Of a stretch of 64,000 bases of DNA, positions 11,488 through 24,255 are shown piece after piece (the first letter of the stretch is position 1; every line of letters begins with the position of its first letter). Location: NCBI RefSeq assembly GCF_011386835.1, contig NC_088803.1, positions 8,122,001 to 8,186,000 of the forward strand. Direction: 5' to 3'. Position numbers and translations under genes: made by a program. The stretch is from Chrysemys picta bellii (Eukaryota). The notes under the pieces are model-generated. The model did no database searches and had not been told where the DNA came from. It saw only the letters and a program-made list of their open reading frames with translations.

Positions 11488-14400
11488 CCTGGTCCCATCC
11501 CCATCCTGGCTCACATACAATATAACAAGGGGAAATCCCCACTTTGTCCCATCTCACCCCCCTTGGAGACTGAACTGAGTGGGGTCACTTCAGCTGGTGA
11601 CCTGGGGAAGTTCAGGCCCCCTTCTCTGGGACAAAGCATCAGCCATAACATTTGCCCACCGCTTAACATGGACCACCTCCATCTCCTAATCCTGGGAGAC
11701 AGACTCCACCTCAGGAGCTTGGCTTTGGCCTCTCATCGGGTGCAGCCACGGCAGGGCGAGTGGTCCAGGTACACTGTGAAGCGCCGCCCAAATAGATCCG
11801 GCTGCAGCCTTTTAAGATCCCACTCCATGGCCAGGCATTCCTTCTCTACAGCCGTATAGCCCTGCTCCCGGGGCAGCAGCTTCCTCCTCAGGTACATGAC
11901 GGGGTGTTTCTCCCCCTTTGCAATGGCCTGCGCCGGCTCCGCACCCAGTCCTGTGTCTGGGGCATCGGTGAACACCATAAAGGGCTTGTCAAAGTCTGGG
12001 TTTCCCAGCACCGGGCCCTTGACCAGATCCTCCTTCAGCGTGCAGAGAGCCCTCTGGCACTACCCGGTCCAGACCAGCTTGTCTGGCTTCCCCTTCCTGT
12101 ATAGCTCAGTGATGGGAGCTGACACAGAGCTAAAGTGGGGCACAAACCTCCGGTAGTGCCCCCCACCCCCAATAAAGGCCTGGGCCTGTTTCTTAGTCTG
12201 GGGAGCAGCCAGTCACCCCCACCTTGGCTGGCTCTGGTTTTAATCATCCATTTCCCACCTTGTGGCCCAGGTACGACACCTCTGCCATCCCCACCTTGCA
12301 CGTCCCAACTTTTGCAGTCAGCCCTGCATCCTGGAGGTGACTCAGACCCGTCTTCACCTGGGACACATGGTCCTCCCAGGTCTGGCTAATGACACCAATA
12401 TAATCCATGTATGGTAGGGTAAAATTCTCCATCCACATCAGTAACTGATTCACCTGGTGCTGGCAGGTGACTGGTGCCTCCTTGAGGCTGAAAGGTAGGA
12501 CCAGGGACTTGTACAGCCCCAGAGGGGTGACAAATGCAGGTTTCAACCTGGCATCTGGATCCAAAGGCACCTGCCAGTAGCCTTTGGTGAAATCCCTGGT
12601 CATGAGGTACTGAGTCTCCCGCCCCCCGCCCCCAACTTATCTAGGATCTCATCAGGCCTAGGTATGGGCAGGCACCAGATATGGTGATGGCTTTGAGCTT
12701 CCGATAGGCCACAGAGAATCGGATAGACCCATCTTTCCTGGGGACTAGCACCATGGGAGAGGCCCCCATGTCCATGAAGACCCATGAGCTCAGCGAGCTT
12801 TCCCCGGAAAGTCAGCACATGCTCCACCACTGATTTTCCATCGGGGGAGGACTTCCTCGCCCATCAGTCCCTCACCAAGCCCAAGGCCACCTTCTGAACA
12901 GGCTCCTCTAGGACAGGCAGGTGTCACAAGGCTGCTTTCCCCTTGTCCCAGGCCATTTGCCCCTCTGGACAAGGCAGCCCTGGTTGGCAGCTGTCCCACC
13001 CTGGCTGTGGTTCCCCACACTCAACTGGGGTCTCTGATCCCCCCGGGCTCAGCTTTACCCCTGCTGGCCCAGTGAGGGCAGGCAGCGAGCCCGTGGCTTT
13101 GCTCACAGCACCAGAACTAGCGTAAGCCACCTACCTCTTGTGCGGCGGGGGGGGGGGGGGAGGCATCTCTCTGTCCCACTCAGCTCAAGGGCTCTGGTTA
13201 CAGACAGGCAGGTGTCCTGAGCCCAGCAGCTCCTCCTGCCAGCCAGCCAGATCATTTGCATTTTCACTGACTGCTTCAGTCTCAGCCAATTGGTTCCCTG
13301 GATTCAAATTCAAATCCTCGGCCCTTACAGGAGCAGGGCCTGTATCCTGTCCCAAAGAGACACAGTCATCCCCGAACAGGACTTCACAGCCGAAAGCTTG
13401 GAGAACCCCAACTACCAGCCAGCCCAACCCCTCCTGTGTCATAGGCAGGGTGAGTGGCTTCATCCCTGGGACCTTCACCCAGGTCACACAGCCCCTTAGC
13501 ATCTCATGAGGCTGCACCACACGGGGCCTGACAACAGTTCTCTCTGTCCCTGGATCTCGCCATCGCAGGAATGTCTCCCCATGGACCACCACCTTCCGCT
13601 CCCACTGGAGGTCTGAGGGTCCTGAGCCCAGGAGACTCCACGCAGACATATATGCTGGGGCTGGGACTTAGAGCCAGTCAGCCACCCCACCCATCTGGCT
13701 TAACAGCTCTATGGCCTTGGGACCCAGGAAGGGGGCTATATGCTGGAGCCTTTCCGCAGGGCCAGCCTGGTTCCAATTGCCAGCCTTCCCAAAGGCCGTG
13801 AGACAGGCATCTATAGCTCCCCGCTCCTTAACCTGGGGCAGCAATTTAGTGTCGAGGTTCCCTGCTGAATTGGCACCCCGGGGTCCATCCCCACTCACCC
13901 CTCGGCGGGTCCTTCTGCCTCTCAACTCGGCCATCACCAGTTCATGCTACCTCTGTCTCTCCTGCTGTTCTGCTTCATGCCTTCCCTACCGCTCATGGTC
14001 CTCTCACTCCTTCAATCGGCGCTGCAATTCCCTCCGTCTCAGATCCACCGACGGGGAATCCGGTGGAGACCCCTGGCTGGTCGGGGACACGGGTCTCCAG
14101 AATGCCAGGTTGCTCCCGGCCTCTCTCATGCCCCCAGCTGGATCAGGAGATGATGCAGGTCTTGGGGCTGCCTGGCTCCTCCCAGCCTCTCTCATGCCCC
14201 CAGCTGGGTCAGGAACCAGTGTGGGCCCTGGGGCTGCCTGGCTCCTCCCAGCCTCTCTCGTGCCCACTGCTGGGTCAGGAACCAGCTCCTTAGAGCGATC
14301 CTCCTCTTCCAACTGAGCAATCAGCTGTGCATTAGTGAGCTTTCCAATGCACCGCCCTCTCTCTGCACAGCTCTGCAATGTCCTTCTTAAGGAGGTGGTT

Positions 14401-14589
14401 ATAGGCCATCTCCACGCTGCTCCCAAGTGGTCACAGACTCACAGGCTGTGCTCTCTCTGCTCCCCACAGTCCCTGGGAGGAACCCTTCAGTGTGACAGCC
14501 CTTCCTGGGGGTCCACTCTTTCTCAGGGTTAATCTGTAGGCTCCTGCACCTTCTGAAGCCACACCTCTATGAGCCTTCAGCCTGTCTGT
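11488..14589 (-). mobile_element. Degenerate Gypsy LTR retrotransposon (Gmr1-like order PR-IN-RT-RH)
   Basis: gag N-terminus (GKLTNAQLIAQLEEED), protease-like GETFLRWRDPGTERTVV, integrase C-terminal remnant VLTFRGKLAELMGL, RT (DFTKGYWQVPL...YMDY), RNase H (PFMVFTDA...EKECLA), then PPT and LTR at 11551. Confidence 0.88.
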
Positions 14590-15608
14590 CTCTTAAAAGC
14601 CTGCAGCTGGATCTATTTAAGTGGCACTTCACATTGTACCTGGACCACACACCCTGCCGTGGCTGCATCAGATAAGAGGGACCAACGTCAAGCCCTGAGG
14701 TGGAGTCTGCCATCCAGGATTATGAGATGGAGGTGGTCCATGTTAAGGGGAATGCAAATGTTATAGCTGATGCTTGTCCCGGAGAAGGAGGCCTGAACTT
14801 CCCCAGGTCACTGGCTAAAGTGACCCCGCTCAGTTCGGGGGAGAGAAGTGATGAAATGGGGATTTTCCCTTGTTATGTTGTCTGTGAGTCTTACTGTTTT
14901 GCATGAATCATAGAATCATAGAATCCCAGGGTTGGAAGGGACCCCAGGAGATCATCTAGTCCAACCCCCTGCTCAAAGCAGGACCAGTCCCCAACTAAAT
15001 CAGTAAATTAATGCTGGGTGTGACTTTTGCTGAGGCTGCTCCAGCTGCCTGCATGGATGCGATGGCCGCAGCTTCATAACCTGAAATCCAGGAGGGGGGT
15101 GGGACCAGGTGACTCTGGCCTGGGAAGCAAGACAAAGGCCGGAGGAGGAGCAACGGGCAGGGCAGGGACCAGGCAGCTGGAAGCGAGTCAGTCTCCGCTG
15201 GCTTGGGGCGCAGGGGGAGGACCAGAGCCCTGGCTATGGGCTCCCCTCCCCCCAAGATGGACTTGGCTGAAAGTCACTGATTCCTGTAATAGCGAAATCT
15301 GTTCTATGCTGTGTTCCTGTCAACTAATAAACCTTCTTTTTTATCGGCTGGCTGAGAGTCGCGTCTGACTGCGGAGTCGGGGGGCAGGGCCCTCTGGCCC
15401 CCCCAGGACCCCGCCGAGGCAGACTCGCTGCGGGAAGCGCACGGTGGGGCAGGGGAAGCTGAATGCTCCGAGGTCAGACCCAGGAAGGTGGAAGCTGTGG
15501 AAGCTTCTTGCCCCGGAGACAGTCTGATCACAGAGAGGAGACGCCCCAGAGTCCTGCCTGGCTTCGTAGGGAGCAGTTCCAGAGTATTGCCCTGGTGACT
15601 CCGTGACA
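14590..15608 (+). mobile_element. 3' end of a second related Gypsy copy (RNase H tail, PPT, LTR)
   Basis: QDYEMEVVHVKGNANVIADA remnant, purine tract ~14837-14846, LTR from ~14847 with AATAAA near 15326 and terminal TCCGTGACA. Confidence 0.82.
14905..15002 (-). mobile_element. Short CR1 3' end nested in the LTR
   Basis: GAATCATAGAATCATAGAAT tail plus CR1 3' UTR. Also present in arm B (33980-34078), so it predates the duplication. Confidence 0.88.
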
Positions 15609-16900
15609 GCCCTTCCCCCCACACCCTGCCCCTGTAATCCCTATGCAACCCCCTCCCCTCCACACCCTGCCCCCTGTAATCCCTATGCAGCCCCCTCCCC
15701 TCCACACCCTGCCCCTGTAATCCCTGTGCAGCCCCCTCCCCCCCACACCCTGCCCCTGTAATCCCTATGCAGCCCCCTCCCCTCCACACCCTGCCCCCTG
15801 TAATCCCTATGCAACCCCCTCCCCTCCACACCCTGCCCCCTGTAATCCCTATGCAGCCCCCTCCCCTCCACACCCTGCCCCTGTAATCCCTATGCAGCCC
15901 CCTCCCCTCCACACCCTGCCCCCTGTAATCCCTATGCAGCCCCCTCCCCTTCACACCCTGCCCCTGTAATCCCTGTGCAGCCCCCTCCCCTCCACACCCT
16001 GCCCCCTGTAATCCCTATGCAGCCCCCTCCCCTTCACACCCTGCCCCCTGTAATCCCTATGCAGCCCCCTCCCCTCCACACCCTGCCCCTGTAATCCCTA
16101 TGCAGCCCCCTCCCCTCCACACCCTGCCCTCAGTGACCCCTGTGCAGCCCCCTCCCCTTCACACCCTGCCCTGAGTGACCCCTGTGAATCCCCCTCCCCT
16201 CCACACCCTGCCCCCTGTAATCCCTGTGCAGCCCCCTCCCCTCCACACCCTGCCCCTGTAATCCCTATGCAACCCCCTCCCCCCCACACCCTGCCCCGTG
16301 TAATCCCTATGCAGCCCCCTCCCCCCACACCCTGCCCCCTGTAATCCCTATGCAACCCCCTCCCCCCACACCCTGCCCCGTGTAATCCCTATGCAGCCCC
16401 CTCCCCTCCACACCCTGCCCCTGTAATCCCTATGCAACCCCCTCCCCCCCACACCCTGCCCCTGTAATCCCTATGCAGCCCCCCTCCCGTCCACACCCTG
16501 CCCCTGTAATCCCTATGCAGCCCCCTCCCCTCCACACCCTGCCCCTGTAATCCCTATGCAGCCCCCTCCCCTCCACACCCTGCCCCCTGTAATCCCTATG
16601 CATCCCCCTCCCCTTCACACCCTGCCCCCTGTAATCCCTATGCAGCCCCCTCCCCTCCACACCCTGCCCCCTGTAATCCCTGTGCAGCCCCCTCCCCTTC
16701 ACACCCTGCCCTCAGTGACCCCTTTGCATCCCCCTTCCACATTGCATCCTGCCCCCAGTGACCCCTGTGCAGCCCCCTCCCCTCCACACCCTGATCTTAG
16801 TGACTCCTGTGTAGCCCCCTCCCCTCCACACCCTGCTCTCAGTGACCCCTGTGCAGCCCCCTCCCCTACATACGCTGCTCTCAGTGACCCCTGTGCGCCC
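15609..16900. repeat. C-rich 41-42-bp minisatellite, ~31 units
   Basis: Unit CCCCTGTAATCCCTATGCAGCCCCCTCCCCTCCACACCCTG, with GTGACCCCTGTGCAG variants toward the right end. Confidence 0.96.
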
Positions 16901-16904
16901 CCCT

Positions 16905-17045
16905 CCGATACTGAGGGTGGCCCTCCCCGCGCCCCCCCACCCCAGCTCACCTTCACCTCCTCGCCTGAGCGGGCTTTTAGGCACCCCCAACCACTAGGCG
17001 TCCTAGGCGGCCGCCTACTTTTCCTCAATGGTTGCACCAGCCCTG
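16905..17045 (-). mobile_element. 5' part of a non-autonomous DNA transposon (hAT-like CAGGG terminus)
   Basis: Begins CAGGGCTGGTGCAACC on the minus strand, GC/CpG-rich. Longer copy at 30886-31330. Confidence 0.55.
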
Positions 17046-18025
17046 GTTTTTAACACAAAAGGACATTGAAAGATAGAGACATAATTTATCTCCTTCCCTG
17101 AGCACAGCATTCTGCTCATCAGCCTCCTGATGGCCTTCTTCATCTCGGCATTTCTCAGCGTGTAGATCATCGGGTTCAGCATTGGGGTGATTGCAGTGTA
17201 AATGACTGAGATCACCTTATTCAGGGTGAAGTTCTTGAAGAGCCGAGCATAGATGAAGATGCTGGGTATGATTTGTAAACATACCACGATAATCTGGGCT
17301 CCACAGGTGGACAGAGCTTTCTGCTTCCCATCCGTGATGTGTGTCCTGATCTTGACTAAGATGGCGGTGTAAGAAACAAGCAGAATGATGAATACAATTA
17401 TAATCGCTGCTCCATTGTTGAAGATCATCTGCAGTTCAGCCAACTGAGTGTCAGTGCAGGCCAGTTTGATGACCTGTGGGACATCACAGTAAAAATTGTC
17501 CAGGACGTTCGGCCCACAGAACGGTAACTGGAGGAGCAGTCCAATCTGAACAGCAGAGTGGGCCAATCCACCCAGCCATGCCAGTACCATTATCCCCACG
17601 CACACACGCTGGTTCATGATAGTCAAGTACCGCAGTGGTTTATAGATGGCCACATACCGATCAATTGCCATCCCCACAAGACAAAACCCCATAGCACCAG
17701 CAATGAAGTGGAAGAAAAACATCTGGAGAATGCACTCATAGAACGAAATGGTTTTATGCTGTGAGAGGAGACCGGATAGCAATTTTGGAGTATTGACTGA
17801 TGAGTCGCTGAGGTCTAGGAAAGCCAAGTTGGCCAGCAGGAAGTACATGGGGGTGTGGAGCCGGTGGTCACTGATCACAGTGGTGATGATGATGAAGTTT
17901 CCCAGCCAGGTGTTCATGTAGATTATGAAGAAAGCCACATAAAGGAATTGCTGCAGCTCAGGACTCTGGGTGAGGCCCAAGAGGACAAATTCTGTCACTG
18001 GGTTGGTGAGATTCTTCTTCTCCAT
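17015..18025 (-). CDS. Olfactory receptor, family-4-like, open frame with extended C-terminus (336 aa)
   Basis: LHTPMYFLL, MAIDRYVAI, FCGPNVLDNFYCDVPQVIKLAC, KALSTC, PMLNPMIYTLRN. Confidence 0.9.
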   Translation of the reverse strand: MEKKNLTNPVTEFVLLGLTQSPELQQFLYVAFFIIYMNTWLGNFIIITTVISDHRLHTPMYFLLANLAFLDLSDSSVNTPKLLSGLLSQHKTISFYECILQMFFFHFIAGAMGFCLVGMAIDRYVAIYKPLRYLTIMNQRVCVGIMVLAWLGGLAHSAVQIGLLLQLPFCGPNVLDNFYCDVPQVIKLACTDTQLAELQMIFNNGAAIIIVFIILLVSYTAILVKIRTHITDGKQKALSTCGAQIIVVCLQIIPSIFIYARLFKNFTLNKVISVIYTAITPMLNPMIYTLRNAEMKKAIRRLMSRMLCSGKEINYVSIFQCPFVLKTRAGATIEEK

Positions 18026-18458
18026 TTATTAACCTCTAAATAGTCCTGAAGAGGAAACGCTGATGTTAATAATTATGATGTAATCTTAGTGCATTATGGA
18101 TATTGCTAACTCCATGTTAACTGATACACGTGCTTGGAAATTCTCTGTGTTTACCATATTCCAGACTGTGTCCTTAGCCCCAGTGGTGAGTGCCCTGCTA
18201 CAGCAAAACACCTACACCCCACCAGTGGTTATCCCCAGTTTTGGGTGTTTGGGCATGAACAGTAGCAACCTACACACTCGTAATGCCCCCGGATAACAAC
18301 TGTCCCCTTTTGTCTTCCTGAACCCCTGGTAGTGCACACCTGGCGCAGGCCACAGATTCCTCATGTGCCCTAGAGGTTCAGGGTTGGGAAGAATGTGGAT
18401 TTTCTGGGAGTCCAAGGATTCCAACAGTCCAGGTTTCTCATCGGGGGGGGGGGGGGTC

Positions 18459-18995
18459 TGTCACATTCTGGGGTGCAATCCAGACCAGTGAGGGTTTGAG
18501 TCACCACCGGCTCCATAACCCTGTGTGCCTCACAATGCTTTGCTGGTGTAGCTCCCAACCTGGGACATTCACAACCAGCCTAGCAGCATGCGAGCTACAC
18601 CCTGAGTGTCTGTGTAGAGATGCAGCATTTGTCCCATATCTCTGACTGCAGCAGCCTGTCAGCAACACACCAGCCACACTGCTGCTTCCACCAGCCTTGG
18701 TTGCTACTTGCAGGTTGACCCCAGCACACACCCAGTCCCAAATTTTCTCAAAAACCTGTGTTCTGCACTGTGCTGCCCTCTGCTGGACAGTTCAGCTATT
18801 AAAGGTTCATTGCTCCTCTACAGAGTCAATATTCAATGGTTTGCTAGTTAAACTGGAGTTACCAAACAGTTCAGTTGAAACACAGCATTGGATTAGTTAG
18901 AGTTCAAATAAAACCAATTTATTAACAAAAAAGACAATATTTATAGTGAATTCAAATATAAGAGACCAAGTTAGAAATGGTTACCAGCAAACAAG
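18459..18995 (-). mobile_element. LTR fragment cut by the inner duplication breakpoint
   Basis: Ends GAATGTGACA, contains AATAAA. A longer copy lies at 28490-29200. Confidence 0.5.
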
Positions 18996-19167
18996 CTTAG
19001 GTGGAGTGAGATTCCTTTCATAAAATATTTGGTAACAAACTTCCTTAAGCATTGGACAAATAGATGTGTTTTTAGCCTTTCTCCAGAAGGTTTTCCATTG
19101 TTCCAATTGATATCTGCTTTTAGATTTTTTTCTCGTTTTCCATAAATATTCTCATGTCTTCCAGGTA

Positions 19168-20517
19168 CATAAGAAGATTAGAACGGCCCTACTGGGTCAG
19201 ATCAAAGGTCCATCTAGCCCATTGTCCTGTCTTCTGACAGTGGGCAGTGCCAGGTGCCCCAGAGGGAATGAACAGAACAGGTCATCATCAAGTGATCCAT
19301 CCCCTGTCGGTCATTCCCAGCTTCTGGCAAACAGAGGCTAGGGACAATATTCCTACCCATCCTGGCTAATAGATATTGATGGACCTGTCTTCCATGAATT
19401 TATCTAGTTCATTTTTGAACCCCGTTATGGGCTTGGACTTCACAATGTCCTCTGGCAAGGAGTTCCCCAGGTTGACTGTGTGTTGTGTGAAGAAATACTT
19501 CCTTTTTTTTTGTTTTAAACCTGCTGCCTATTAATTTCATTTCGTGATCTCTAGTTTCTTGTGTTATGAGAAGTAGTAAACAACACTTACTTATCTACTT
19601 TCTCTACACCAGTCATGATTTATTGACCTCAATCATATCTCCTCTTAGTCATCTCTTTTCCAAGCTGGAAAGTCCCAGTCTTATTAATCTCTCCTCATAT
19701 GGAAGCTGTTCCATTCCCCTAATCATTTTTGTTGCTCTTTTCTGAACTTTTTCCAGTTCCAATATATCTTTTTTGAGATGGGGCGACCACATCTGCACAC
19801 AGTATTCAAGATATGGGCATACCATGGATTTATATAGAGGCAACTTGATATTTTCTGTCCTATTATCTATCCCTTTCTTAATTATTCCCAGCATTCTGTT
19901 CGCTTTTTTGACGGCCGCTGCACATTGAGTGGATGTTTTCAAAGAACTACCCATAATGACTCCAAGATCTCTATCTTGAGTGGTAACAGCCAATTTAGAC
20001 CTCATCATTTTATCTGTATAGTTGGGATTATGCTTTCCAATGTGCATTATTTTGCATTGATCAACATTAAATTTCCTCTGCCATTTTGTTGCCAAGTCAC
20101 CCAGTTTTGACAGATCCTTTTGTAGCTCTTCACAGTCTGCCTGGGTCTTAACTATCTTTAGTAATTTTGTATCATCTGCAAATTTTGCCACCTCACTGTT
20201 TACCCCTTTTTCCAGAACATTTATGAATATGTTGAATAGGACTGGTCCCAGAAGAGACCTCTGGGGGACACCACTATTTACCTCTCTCCCTTCTGAAAAC
20301 TGACCATTTATACCTACCCTTTGTTTCCTATATTTTAACCAGTTACCAATCCATGAGAGCACCTTCCCTTTATCCCATGGCAGATACTTTGTGTAAGAGC
20401 CTTTGGTGGGGGACCTTGTCAAAGGCCTTTTGAAAATCTAAGTACACTATATCCACCGGGTCCCCTTTGTCCACATGCTTGTTGACCCCCCTCAAAGAAT
20501 TCTAGTAGATGGTGAAA
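19168..20517 (-). mobile_element. 5'-truncated CR1 LINE
   Basis: ORF 19649-20422 contains [18 protein letters not shown] and [10 protein letters not shown]. 3' UTR and tail near 19168. Confidence 0.93.
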
Positions 20518-22668
20518 CAATTCATAGTACTAGGAAGTGGCACGTTTCATAGCTTGTGTAGGATGAGCTCATTGCAGACACATGGGGCTTCTTGCATTCT
20601 CCCAGCCTCCCCACCCCCCGAAAACTTCCTCTGTGAGACCCTCCCATCCCCCTCTATTTTAGGCACTCCCTGTTGCTCTCTATTCTCCTCCACCAGGTGT
20701 TCTACGTGCCACCCATGCCCCCTATTCCCAGAGTCCACCTTTCTCTCCCCAATTCCCACCATATGCACACCCCCATTCCCATCTTTCCCCCACATTGCTC
20801 CCCCCCTAGTTATTTCTCTCCTCTTCTCTGGGCAGTAAGTCAGTCAGGGGGTCAAACTGTTCTCCTGTGTTGGGAGGCTGGGCAGAGATGGGATGCAGTA
20901 TTGTTATAATGGAAGGCCCAAAATTTTGGAATCGACCAAATGCCATATTCAAGAGTGATCACATTACAGAGAGACAGACAGAAAAATGCTGATGAGTTTA
21001 GTGGAAGGTCATCATGAGCTCAGACAACCCCTGGGAAAACAGATTATCTGAAGTGTCCTTTCCCTTAGTTAATGGGTCAATCATTTTTAACATTCTACTG
21101 AAACTGTGGCTCCCCACACTAGATTATAAACTTTTTAGTTGTTTTTCCCCCAAACCCTGACATAAAATGTGTTTTTTGTTTGCAGTGTTGTTGCAGCTGC
21201 GTTGGTCCCAGGATATGAGAAACATGAGGTAGGTGAGCTTGAAAACGTGTCCCTACCACATTTTATTTCTCTATGAAAAACACCATTTTTATTATAGTTG
21301 AAAATCATGAAAAATATTCTCAGAAATGCTCTGGTTTTTTTCCAAAAGGAAAGCAAAAAATCTGGGAAAAAACACACTTTTTGTCTTTCCTCCACCATAA
21401 ACAGTTTCTCTACCTTCACTTATTTTTAGTAGGAAAATAGACAGAAGACTACTACTACTAATAAAAACAACCACAAAAGACTGAAATATGAAAATCTGAA
21501 CATTTTCACTAAATGTTCATGAAAATTTTCAAACATTGGAAAATCAGTTCTTTTTTATAAAATTAATTTTTATAAAGTTTTTAAAACATTTCAAAAATAA
21601 GTATAGCATGTGTTTTCATTCCTGAGAAACTCTATATTTGTAAGAATTGATAGTTCTGTTGTGCAGCTCTGCAAAGTAATTCAGTCAAAATGGCCTCCTC
21701 TTACTCAATTCAGAGATCTACTAAGCATGCGTGGTTAGTCATGTTTTCTGCAAAAAATATAAAAGAATAAATTGTAAATGCTGTTACTCCTCCCAGCCCT
21801 GCTCAGTGAACACAGATCTGGGAAAGTGGCTGGTGGCTGTTCCTGGCTGGAATATCTTCAGCACAATCGTGAAACGATTTTTCATCCAAGACTCTTGCAA
21901 AGTGACTGAAAGCAGCAGGGGTGCACAGTAGGGTGGGGTGCATAGGGGTCAGTGAGGGCAGGGTGTGAAAGAGAGGGGGCTGCACAGGGGTCACTTAAAG
22001 TTTGGTTTTGCCTGTAGAACGTTTGTTGCTGTTGATGATGACAGAGAAGTTGAGACAGCTTCACGCTCAGGTCCCAGGCTGAGTTCACAGAAGATGTAGG
22101 TAGGGAATTAAAGTTTGATTAGTAAACGGAGGCAAGTGTCCAAATGGCCTAGATAATGTCATTTTTACAGGCACGGTTCAGAAAGTTGTGCAACAGAGCC
22201 AGGAAGCTGTCCTAAGTGCGCACAGAGTGGGATGTCACTGGAGTCTGAAGACTCTTCAATAGCCATTCATTGGTTTTACTATTGGTGTGTCAGTGCTTTA
22301 GTGCCTATGAGCACCAGTCCTGGGCCAGGACCCCAGTATGCAAGGTGCTGTACAAACGCAGAACAAAAACACCACCTCTGTCCCACAGCGAACCTCACTG
22401 CTCACCTAGAACCCACTAGCACTGCCTCCTTTCCTCCTGCACTAACCCTTTGATAACATTTCTCTCCAGTGCCAGGAATAAAACTCACTGGGGTTCTCTC
22501 TGATTCACAGGCCATTCAAACACCCATTTCTTTCCCTGCACCCCCAACATCCCCCTTGTGTCCACCCAGCCAGGCAGGGAATTGCAGAGCAGGTTGGGTT
22601 TGGATGGCTAATATAAACACATAACTGCACTGAGCCACTCCTGCAATTTATTAATGATTCCCCTTGTG

Positions 22669-23477
22669 CAGACTCCTGGAGCACTGGGGAAGTTCTCAAA
22701 GACTGGAAGAAAGCTAATGATGTGCCAATTTCCTTAAAGGGTCACTGGGATGACCTGGGAAATTGTAGCCTATTAACCTGTGATAAATGAAGGGTGGGGA
22801 TGGGGTGTAGCTCCCTTTTATGGACACCCAAACCAGCCAGTAGCTATAAAATCCCTCTTAGTGACTGTTCTCTAATTGCTCTACCCTATACAATACTTTT
22901 ATCAAACATAAAATCATCACTAATAAAGTTTGCAAATGACAAACATTTTGGGGAGTGGTAAATAGTGAACAGGACAGGTCACCGATTCAGAGCAATCTGG
23001 ATTGCTTCATAAACCAGGCACAAGCAAATATGCATTGTAGCACAGCAACATGTAAATGTATGCATCTAGGAGCAAAGAATGTAAGCTGTACTGAAAGGAT
23101 GGGAGGGGGGGGGACCATCCCAGGAAGCAGTGACCTGACAAAGACTTGGGGGCCATGGTGGATAATGAGCTGAACATAAGAGCCTAGTGCGACACTGAGG
23201 CCAAACTAGCTAATGTGACCCTGGGATGCATAAACAGGGGAATCTCAAGCACTTATGCAACCACTGCTTGAATACAATGTCTAATTCTGGTGCCACAATT
23301 GGGGAAGGATGGTAAAAAAAACTGGAAAGGGTTCAGAGACGAGCCACTAGAATGAGTAAAGGGTTAGAAAATGTACCTTATAGTGATAAACCCCCAAAGC
23401 TCAATCTATTCAGTTTAAGCAAGAGAGAAGGATAAGGAGTGATTTGATTGCAGGCTAAGTATCTACACACTCCATAT
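22669..23477 (+). mobile_element. Composite of decayed CR1 RT fragments with a short LTR-like piece
   Basis: DWKKANDVPI-like and KFANDK-like remnants, with a TGTGATAAATGAAGG LTR-like start at ~22779. Flanked by a perfect 23-bp direct repeat. Confidence 0.6.
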
Positions 23478-24139
23478 ATTTATTAATGATTCCCCTTGTG
23501 TCAGAATCCCCAAAGCTGTGAAGTAGCATCTTCTTTATCGGGCCCGGGAAACCTCAGAGGGATTTCAGAGCATCTCTGATGTTAGTGGCAGCATTAGTGC
23601 ATGGGTCAGATGTGATATAAAGGGAAGATTTCTGAGGCAATGTCCTCTTTGGAACTACATCCTCTTCCCCTGCCTGTTGGGAGAGCAATAATCAGTCTTC
23701 AAATGTGACTTTCCCTGGCCACCCCGATCATTAGGAGGCAGTCGGATCTGGGATCAACAACACGGCAGATTGTACAAGGTAGTGACTATTTTTATAAAAA
23801 CTGAAATTTACTACAAGCGATGGGCTTTGTTACTGCAGGGGGGAAGAGGTGGTTGGGAGGCTTTTCAAATATAGGTGTGGGTTTTAGAGAAGTCTACGAG
23901 TTACGAGAACATCCTACAGAGCCTTGACAACCAAAATTATCTGAGACCTTTGTACGACAAGCTCTGTCTTCTCCTTAGGCAGCAGCTCTATGCTGCTCTG
24001 ATCTGAAAAATGTTTTCCCTGGGGCTGGTTGGAGCTGGGAAGTTAAAAATGGAAAAAGCTGAGGGAAGTGCTCATATCTGCTTATGAAACCTAAGTGAGA
24101 TTCCCAGCACCTACCTCCCTAATTCTACTTTGACAATCC

Positions 24140-24255
24140 TAGACTGAGAAGTGATGTGAGTTACGGAGGATCCCAGGTGTCCATGGTAGGGCAGAAATTG
24201 AACCCAACTCCCCAGAATCCACAGCCAGTGATGTATCCATAAAGCCATCCTCCCT
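24140..24255 (-). mobile_element. tRNA-derived SINE remnant
   Basis: Minus strand AGAGGGAGGATGGCTTTATGG...GGGTTCAATTTCTGCC resembles a box A/box B tRNA head. Confidence 0.45.

Larger units (their letters stand above)
5240..18995. repeat. Inverted segmental duplication, arm A (partner 28662-45085)
   Basis: Colinear reverse-complement matches: OR14-like gene, CR1, MIR-like SINE, minisatellite, Gypsy, CR1 tail, LTR, OR4-like gene, LTR fragment. Ends where homology stops at ~5240/45085 and ~18995/28662. Confidence 0.93.

Noticed and set aside
15609-16900. Regular repeat array resembling a CRISPR
   Set aside because: Units are head-to-tail with no unique spacers, no cas genes are present, and the context is vertebrate.
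15304-17053. Many Pro-rich or Gly/Arg-rich ORFs (also 11290-11859, 32147-33677, 37577-37939)
   Set aside because: They are translations of the stop-poor minisatellite, with no independent coding evidence.
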